Shown here in pieces: positions 55,950 to 62,007 of a stretch of 64,000 nt of DNA (within the stretch, counting starts at the first letter, position 1; each line of letters begins with the position of its first letter). The stretch is taken from IMG/VR virus record IMGVR_UViG_3300029288_007068; one strand, 5' to 3'. This stretch comes from a virus. Taxonomy: Duplodnaviria; Heunggongvirae; Uroviricota; Caudoviricetes. Under the pieces are notes generated by a model. It searched no databases. It saw nothing but the letters and a program-made list of their open reading frames with translations, and had not been told where the DNA came from. The translations under genes were made by a program, and so were the position numbers.

Positions 55950-56621
55950 TTACTCTGTCTTAAAGATTCCAAACTTCTTTTTAGGCGGTTGTGGAGTCGG
56001 ACGTGACTGGGGTATTGCCGCCATTCGTCTGATTTCTTCTGCTTCTGCTTTTGCCCGCGCTTCTTCCCGGAGTATCTCCTGTTCTTGTGACGTTGGTTGT
56101 CTCTTCTGAGGGAAGTTAGTTGGCTTTAGTGTTGGTGAGTGGATTGTTGGCTTTTGGACTACTGGTGGCGCGGGTTCTTCGACTGGCGCTGGTTCTGGTT
56201 GGCTCATCGTAACTTCTTCATTTGATTCTATCTCAGCGTATTCCGGGACTGAAAAGGGAATCATCTTAAAGGCGTTAAGTATGTTCATCATAGACTCAAG
56301 CATATCTTTACGATACGACCACTCTATATGATTTCTATAATATTCTTGAGTAATGCGCTGGGCGATTTCGTCTCCTTCAAGCATACCAACCTTTTGGGCG
56401 GCAAGCCGGAATGATTGTTCTGCTATCGATTGGTGATACTTCTTCCATTCAAGCAACTGAGCAAACATCTCGGGTTTGAGCTTGAAGAGCATTTCCAATT
56501 CATCTACTATCTCATCAAAGAAGTCTTGATTGGTATTGTCCATTGCCTCGAAGGCTTTGGCAATACGACCGATGAGTAGTTCTTCGTATGTTTTTGTTTT
56601 GATATCTTCCATTATTGGCAT
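55950..56621 (-). CDS. Hypothetical protein with Pro-rich C-terminal region
   Basis: ORF. PEPAPVEEPAPPVVQKPTIHSPTLKPT segment. Confidence 0.4.
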   Translation of the reverse strand: MPIMEDIKTKTYEELLIGRIAKAFEAMDNTNQDFFDEIVDELEMLFKLKPEMFAQLLEWKKYHQSIAEQSFRLAAQKVGMLEGDEIAQRITQEYYRNHIEWSYRKDMLESMMNILNAFKMIPFSVPEYAEIESNEEVTMSQPEPAPVEEPAPPVVQKPTIHSPTLKPTNFPQKRQPTSQEQEILREEARAKAEAEEIRRMAAIPQSRPTPQPPKKKFGIFKTE

Positions 56622-56622
56622 T

Positions 56623-56985
56623 TTAGTTCACCTTTTTCATTTTAGTTTCTGTTACTTTTTTAACTTTTAATACATCTGACTGGGTTATCCCAAACACTTC
56701 TTTAAAGTTATTGGTGTAACCAAATACTAAAAAGAGTTTCTTTTCAATTCGCAGGAGCTGTCCCAGAGCAACCATCATTAGAATAAGCCCGTAAACGAAA
56801 CACATAACGCCAGACAACATAACCCATATGTATGGCGTTAGTAAAAACAGAGGTATTCCAATTGCTATGAAGACAAATGCACCGGCGATAACAGTGACTC
56901 CATAGTTTTTTTCTATTGCAACATATTGTAAGAAAAGCGATAACTTTTCTCTTTCGGCTTTACTTAAGTTTTCGTATGTTTTCAT
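56623..56985 (-). CDS. Small membrane protein (2 TM), holin-like
   Basis: Two hydrophobic helices and a charged C-terminus. The function is a guess. Confidence 0.3.
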   Translation of the reverse strand: MKTYENLSKAEREKLSLFLQYVAIEKNYGVTVIAGAFVFIAIGIPLFLLTPYIWVMLSGVMCFVYGLILMMVALGQLLRIEKKLFLVFGYTNNFKEVFGITQSDVLKVKKVTETKMKKVN

Positions 56986-57232
56986 CTTTTACCATCTCCT
57001 TCTGGACAAAACACTCCTTACAAAGCTCGTGGTATTTCCATAGCCTACAAAAGATTGCGGCTAAGAGAGCATATGCCACGAGCATCACAACTCCTATTGA
57101 TAGGAACACATAATCATAATCTATATCTTTAAATTCCACCAGTTGGAAAAAATAAGAAAGGAAAAAGCTCAACCCAAGTAAAAACAGCGTTGCGCCAATT
57201 CCTATCTTTAATTTTCTAATGGGAGATATCAA
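56960..57232 (-). CDS. Small membrane protein (2 TM)
   Basis: Two hydrophobic helices. Confidence 0.3.
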   Translation of the reverse strand: MISPIRKLKIGIGATLFLLGLSFFLSYFFQLVEFKDIDYDYVFLSIGVVMLVAYALLAAIFCRLWKYHELCKECFVQKEMVKDENIRKLK

Positions 57233-57862
57233 TTACGCCATTCCTCCAAACATCCCAGTCATCCCTTGTATGATTTGAGGACCATACATAAGAAAGACTA
57301 CTCCAACGACAATCATAATGACTATAATGATAATCATCATAAGCAAGAATCCATATCCACCCTTCCGCTTTTTGACTATCGCATTCTTTCCATATCCCTG
57401 AACGTCTTCCATAGTTTTAACTTCATTGTACCGCATAAGTGTCGTATTAGTCTTTGGACTTATAGTGAAAACCAAGTAGTTCTCGAGTTTAAAGAGGTCA
57501 ATGGGTCGACCAACGAGCGTCATTGCAAACTTGCCTTTGGGAGAGCGATTGGCAACTACGTCTACATACTTTTCGTGTGGGTTGATTTCTTGGATTGCTT
57601 TCATCTCATTCTCTTCTTGAATTCGAGCTTGCCTTTGAGCTTCATTGTATTCTTGAACTAATTCCGAACGCATTTCCTCCATTTCCGGATTCGATTCCGG
57701 CGACGCTGGAGGCGCTTCAATGGGAATGTAGTTGTTTCGTTTTTGAGGCTCTTTCAAGTAAAGCTCTTTTTTCAATCTCTGTAATGTCTCTTCCAGTCGC
57801 GACATTTTCTTCACTCTCCACTTCTTTATAACGACCAATTCCAAACTTGCGCAAGACATCAT
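57233..57862 (-). CDS. Membrane-anchored protein (C-terminal TM; true start probably an internal Met)
   Basis: C-terminal LLMMIIIIVIMIVVGVVFLMY helix. The N-terminus overlaps the upstream ORF. Confidence 0.35.
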   Translation of the reverse strand: MMSCASLELVVIKKWRVKKMSRLEETLQRLKKELYLKEPQKRNNYIPIEAPPASPESNPEMEEMRSELVQEYNEAQRQARIQEENEMKAIQEINPHEKYVDVVANRSPKGKFAMTLVGRPIDLFKLENYLVFTISPKTNTTLMRYNEVKTMEDVQGYGKNAIVKKRKGGYGFLLMMIIIIVIMIVVGVVFLMYGPQIIQGMTGMFGGMA

Positions 57863-58340
57863 CTGCTGTTGAGTGTCTTGCCTCTTTTAAACTCTCAAGT
57901 CCATAGACTGACTCAAGAAGGTTAACATAAAGAACATAATCTACATCTACTCCATGACCTATGACTTCTGGGACGATGCAAAGATTATGGTCTGCGATTC
58001 TGTAAGTGCGGGCTGTGATGACTTGTGAGTCCATATCTTTATTGTAGAGTTGACTTTCACCAACTCGGATTGAAGGAGTAAATTGCGCTACACCATCCCG
58101 GTGGATGTAAAGCCACAAGTGGTGGTTGGGCTTACCGGGTTTAATGAGGTGAATTGCGCCGGTCTTTACGGCGCGGGTTCTCAACAATACCATTCCAATG
58201 AAACCTACTATTATTCCAACGAATAAAAGCATGAGTTTGATTTCTGCTGGCATCTGGAGATAGATGGTTTGTGGCAGAACACTACATATTCCAGCTAACA
58301 GGAATCCCACAATCATAAACAATATTGCTATACCAAACAT
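57717..58340 (-). CDS. Membrane protein (2 N-terminal TM)
   Basis: Hydrophobic N-terminal helices. Confidence 0.35.
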   Translation of the reverse strand: MFGIAILFMIVGFLLAGICSVLPQTIYLQMPAEIKLMLLFVGIIVGFIGMVLLRTRAVKTGAIHLIKPGKPNHHLWLYIHRDGVAQFTPSIRVGESQLYNKDMDSQVITARTYRIADHNLCIVPEVIGHGVDVDYVLYVNLLESVYGLESLKEARHSTADDVLRKFGIGRYKEVESEENVATGRDITEIEKRALLERASKTKQLHSH

Positions 58341-58344
58341 TTGA

Positions 58345-58794
58345 TTACATCTCCGGTTCTGTTACTGGCGCAGGTGCTTCTTGTTTTCCCCGTCCAAATA
58401 GGGCGCCACCTATTTTCGAACGTAATGAACCTTTGTTAGTCCGCGCAAGAATGCGTTGGACTTCTTCAGTGCGTTGAACTCCATGTTGACCATACAAAGT
58501 CCAAAATCCACCGACTGAACGTGTAAGCTGAAGCGTCATAAGAAACTCACCCATGAGCTCATGTGCATAATCATATATACCATTTTCAAGGAGAATGGCA
58601 ACCATCTTATATGTAACCTTAAATGCAAGGATGTCATCCCGGCGAATGTATCCAAGGGCAGATATCTTAGAGAACATAACGTAGAAGCGCATGAAGTATG
58701 CTTTCTCTTTAAGCGGGATATCTGGCTTCAGGACGAATTGAGCTACTGTAACTGAGACTTCTTTATCAATGTCGTCCTCATACGAACTTGGCAT
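58345..58794 (-). CDS. Hypothetical protein
   Basis: ORF. Confidence 0.35.
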   Translation of the reverse strand: MPSSYEDDIDKEVSVTVAQFVLKPDIPLKEKAYFMRFYVMFSKISALGYIRRDDILAFKVTYKMVAILLENGIYDYAHELMGEFLMTLQLTRSVGGFWTLYGQHGVQRTEEVQRILARTNKGSLRSKIGGALFGRGKQEAPAPVTEPEM

Positions 58795-58797
58795 TCT

Positions 58798-59184
58798 CTA
58801 TTCCTTTTGCTTTATCTTTGCAATCTTCCTTGCTCTCATAATCGTAAGGAATGAGCCGAGTGATAGTGCTAATCCCATGAAGATGAGACCAAAGAGAAAT
58901 ATAATATCTATCTTGCCTCCTGTCAGTCCTTGAAGGACAATCGCAAGAAGGGTTATTACAATTCCACCCACAACACCCATAAAGCAAAGAAGGGTGGTTG
59001 ATGGTGATAGTTTCTTTGCTTGAGGGTATTGTAAGGAGTTTACGGCGTCTTGAAATAGTTTCGACCGGTTGACTTTTGGATGGTTGTCCAACCATACTTT
59101 CATTTCGGCTGGAACGCTGACTGATACGATTTTTGATTGCTCATCGATTTGTGGTGTCATAACCTTTGATTCTCTCCTAACCAA
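58798..59184 (-). CDS. Membrane protein (2 C-terminal TM)
   Basis: Hydrophobic helices in the C-terminal half. Confidence 0.35.
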   Translation of the reverse strand: MVRRESKVMTPQIDEQSKIVSVSVPAEMKVWLDNHPKVNRSKLFQDAVNSLQYPQAKKLSPSTTLLCFMGVVGGIVITLLAIVLQGLTGGKIDIIFLFGLIFMGLALSLGSFLTIMRARKIAKIKQKE

Positions 59185-59229
59185 TAGTTATAAAATACGG
59201 GTATCCCTTTATATACTTTTGTATAGTTT

Positions 59230-59450
59230 GGGATAACGATTAATAATGATTAAAAAAGTTTATTTAATGGAATGATGCCGTGAGGATTTGGAGGGTGGCG
59301 GAGAGAATCCTAACAAAAAAAGAATCCCCACGGCTGTTGTTTAAATCCTAAGAAACCATCTTAACCAATTCCTTTTCTTAACGTAAAGTTGCGTCCCATC
59401 CACTCGCATGAATATCATTTCCCATCCCTCCTTATGCGAGTTTACCAATT
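59230..59450 (-). other. ORF-poor structured intergenic region with nested inverted repeats (CCGTGAGGATT ... AATCCCCACGG; ACTCGCAT ... ATGCGAGT) and a possible 26-aa ORF with strong SD
   Basis: Inverted repeats at 59278..59288 / 59323..59333 and 59400..59407 / 59432..59439. AAGGAGGG precedes a short ORF, MIFMRVDGTQLYVKKRNWLRWFLRI, on the minus strand. Confidence 0.3.
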
Positions 59451-59739
59451 ACTTTAATATATGAAAGGTGTGTATCTTTTTTCCTGTACCCAAATTTAGT
59501 TCACTAAATGTTGAAACACAAATGTGAGCCTGACCAGGTCTCATACTTTTACTCTGGGGAATAAATTTATAAGGTATTGTTTTCACATGGGTATTGATGA
59601 ATATTGTTCCATCTGGAAAACCTACTATTCCTATTTTTCCTTTTTCATAAAGTCGTTTCATTTTAATCATATCTCCTTTCTTGTAAACAATACTTTTATA
59701 CGAACTACTTCTGTCACTAAATTTGACATTTCTTACCAC
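59449..59739 (-). CDS. Hypothetical protein
   Basis: ORF. Confidence 0.35.
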   Translation of the reverse strand: MVRNVKFSDRSSSYKSIVYKKGDMIKMKRLYEKGKIGIVGFPDGTIFINTHVKTIPYKFIPQSKSMRPGQAHICVSTFSELNLGTGKKIHTFHILK

Positions 59740-59927
59740 CCACTAAACTTCGGTAATGTCTTTTCGTAATAGGGAAGATGTTGCTTCCAGAGTTTGCTAC
59801 CTTCTCGGTGACGTTTATGGCAAATCGGACAATCATATGAGAAGCCGAAGCCGAAGCCACCTTTAGTGTTTTTGTAGCCGCGCATCTTAGTCCTCCGTAT
59901 AGTAAATATCCACATATGGTTGAACAT
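59733..59927 (-). CDS. Small zinc-binding protein
   Basis: CPICHKRHREG motif. Confidence 0.3.
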   Translation of the reverse strand: MFNHMWIFTIRRTKMRGYKNTKGGFGFGFSYDCPICHKRHREGSKLWKQHLPYYEKTLPKFSGW

Positions 59928-60123
59928 AATCTGGCTCTGGCATAATTGAATGATATATTTTAGTTCTCATTTTACACTTTTTGCAATAGTATTCAGTATA
60001 TGTTAATGCACTAATATCTTTACCATAGCGATGGATGAGATTCTCAGTTCCACATCGATTGTGAACTAAATGAGCTGTATAACATTTATATGGGTTCAGT
60101 TGGGAAAATGTTAGTTTTTTCAT
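59887..60123 (-). CDS. Small zinc-ribbon protein
   Basis: CYTAHLVHNRCG ... CKKCKMR motif pairs. Confidence 0.35.
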   Translation of the reverse strand: MKKLTFSQLNPYKCYTAHLVHNRCGTENLIHRYGKDISALTYTEYYCKKCKMRTKIYHSIMPEPDYVQPYVDIYYTED

Positions 60124-60549
60124 TTACTTTCCTTCCCTGAAAAACACATACCATACATCTATATTCTTTCTTGGGTCTCTCCATTTAGAAACTGAGAAGC
60201 CTGATTGTTTCATTTCTTCCTTCTTTTCTCTCCACTCTCGCCAGAAGTCTTGAGAGGCAATTCCCATAAAAAAGGCTTTTCCTCCTTTCCTCTTCTCAGT
60301 GAAGTGCATTCCATACATATCAAATGAAGTTGAGCGCTTAAAGCGTGGTGCTTGGTCTATTCCTTCAAATGTTCCTCCATGTTCACGTGTGTATTCTTGG
60401 GCGGCTTTAACGGCTTTAGCTTCAGTCATCGCCAAAATCTTTACGAAACTGTAGTGTGAGATTCCCATAAAACCAGCAAAGGTCTCTCGCCACAATGTAT
60501 ACATGACTTGCTTTTTACCGGTTGAGAGGTAATATCTCACATCTGACAT
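60124..60549 (-). CDS. Hypothetical protein
   Basis: ORF. Confidence 0.35.
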   Translation of the reverse strand: MSDVRYYLSTGKKQVMYTLWRETFAGFMGISHYSFVKILAMTEAKAVKAAQEYTREHGGTFEGIDQAPRFKRSTSFDMYGMHFTEKRKGGKAFFMGIASQDFWREWREKKEEMKQSGFSVSKWRDPRKNIDVWYVFFREGK

Positions 60550-60646
60550 TCTTTACCATCCATGACCATTTTCTACCTTCCGTGACGAGCCATCTATTTG
60601 AGCATATATTTTTGTATTAAGACTGCGGGTTAACTTTTGTAGTTGG

Positions 60647-60898
60647 TTACAATCTAAATGTCACCCACCAATGTGGTGACTGCTTTACACTTGCTCCACC
60701 ACGAAATGGTTTTGCGTAATTCTTAACTCCAGAATCTATAATCTGAGCATTAGGATAAAGACTTTTCACTTTGTTCTCAAGGTCAACTTCTGACTGACCA
60801 AAAGTATAAAAGAAAGCTCTTCGCACAGTAACGGTGTTTCCCTTTATTGATACATCGTCAAAATTATCTTTTAACTCTTGAATTATTTCCTTTTTCAT
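60647..60898 (-). CDS. Small hypothetical protein
   Basis: ORF with SD AGGTGAAGTAA. Confidence 0.3.
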   Translation of the reverse strand: MKKEIIQELKDNFDDVSIKGNTVTVRRAFFYTFGQSEVDLENKVKSLYPNAQIIDSGVKNYAKPFRGGASVKQSPHWWVTFRL

Positions 60899-61110
60899 TT
60901 ACTTCACCTACTTATAGGAATACATACTTGTCTTCGGACTTGATATCTTTCTGAACTCAACCCAAATGTAGCGGGATTTTGGATAAGTTCTCATAAGGTT
61001 GGCAACCAGCTTTTTATTGAGCATGTTGACAATTCCAACATACATGGCTTGCTTCCCATCGCTCTTTCTTATGATTTTGTATCCGAGTAGTTCTAAGCCC
61101 ATTTTCTCAC

Positions 61111-61392
61111 CTACAACTTATTCATAGTTCTTAAATCTACGTTCTGACTAAATATAATGTCACCAGGTGATGTTTCGTCGTGTCTTCGCATAAAGTCCAA
61201 AGCATGTGCCATAGCTTTGGCTCTACTATCAAAGTAAGTTGCATTTATGTAATATAGAGGATGATTACTATCTACTACCCAAACTTTTTCTCCTCTCGTG
61301 TTTGTAGTAGATGATACATACACAAATCTGCCTGAGTCGTTTTCCCATTGTGAAAGACCGCGTCTGGTTTTCTTTTTCTTCCATATATTCAT
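61111..61392 (-). CDS. Small hypothetical protein
   Basis: ORF. Promoter variant at 61423..61456. Confidence 0.35.
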   Translation of the reverse strand: MNIWKKKKTRRGLSQWENDSGRFVYVSSTTNTRGEKVWVVDSNHPLYYINATYFDSRAKAMAHALDFMRRHDETSPGDIIFSQNVDLRTMNKL

Positions 61393-61422
61393 TTTCTCAC
61401 CATGATATCATATATTAATCCT

Positions 61423-61456
61423 AATATTTAAGGTTTTAGTTAACGTTAATAGTTTA
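61423..61456 (-). promoter_or_regulatory. Class-1 bipartite promoter motif (variant TTAAATATT)
   Basis: Minus strand AACTATTAAC, 14 nt, CTTAAATATT. Confidence 0.4.
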
Positions 61457-61505
61457 TATGGAGTAACCGGCTTACCCACTAAGGAGTAAGCCAGTCAGCC
61501 ATACA

Positions 61506-61595
61506 CTACTTTTTTCGTAAGTAGCCTTTGACTTTGTGTTTCTTGTAGCTACCGGGTTTCTTCTTCATGTGTGCCTTCACACGGATTTTTGCCAT
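61506..61595 (-). CDS. Tiny highly basic protein (29 aa), absent from the track
   Basis: Hand-translated: MAKIRVKAHMKKKPGSYKKHKVKGYLRKK. Extended SD GGAGGTGAACT upstream. A hairpin (GGCTTAC / GTAAGCC) follows. Confidence 0.35.
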   Translation of the reverse strand: MAKIRVKAHMKKKPGSYKKHKVKGYLRKK

Positions 61596-61633
61596 AGTTC
61601 ACCTCCTTCATTTTGCTTATGGTTGTTTTCTTT

Positions 61634-61768
61634 CTACTTTCTTTTAACACTAATCGCGTAACCCTTGTTTTTTATTTTGTATGGAGAAGAAACTTTATAA
61701 CCTTTCTTTCTCCAACGTTTCGCAATTGTCTTTGCCTTTACTTTATTTGGTGCCCATTTTCTTGTCAT
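61634..61768 (-). CDS. Tiny highly basic protein (44 aa), absent from the track
   Basis: Hand-translated: MTRKWAPNKVKAKTIAKRWRKKGYKVSSPYKIKNKGYAISVKRK. SD AGGAGGAATAGAA upstream. Confidence 0.35.
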   Translation of the reverse strand: MTRKWAPNKVKAKTIAKRWRKKGYKVSSPYKIKNKGYAISVKRK

Positions 61769-61784
61769 TTCTATTCCTCCTATT

Positions 61785-61982
61785 CTAACGCGCGCGACTC
61801 CAGATGATTACATCTGTGTCTGAAATGCGCTGAATCTTGAGATAGAATCCATGCTTAAACATCGTGTGCTTCAGGTCAGTGATGAGCTTCTTGCGCTTTG
61901 GATACTGACCACAGTATGTATAGCGCTTCCCATCGAATTCCCGAAACAGGGTTGGGATGACGAAATTGAATGTTGGTTGCAT
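61785..61982 (-). CDS. Small basic hypothetical protein
   Basis: ORF. Confidence 0.3.
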   Translation of the reverse strand: MQPTFNFVIPTLFREFDGKRYTYCGQYPKRKKLITDLKHTMFKHGFYLKIQRISDTDVIIWSRAR

Positions 61983-62007
61983 GTATTTCTCCCTAACTTA
62001 CTATGCT

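Noticed and set aside
59184-59225. Class-1 promoter call upstream of gene 58798..59184
   Set aside because: The sequence contains AACTAT and TATATAAAGG elements, but with a compressed spacer of about 7 nt and an additional inverted AATAGTT copy. It does not fit the strict 14-nt geometry of the other 17 sites, so it is mentioned only as a divergent variant.
61470-61500. Hairpin GGCTTAC...GTAAGCC as an intrinsic terminator
   Set aside because: The stem is only 7 bp. On the transcript it is followed by GGUUACUCC rather than a U-run, and it abuts the next promoter. Function is uncertain.
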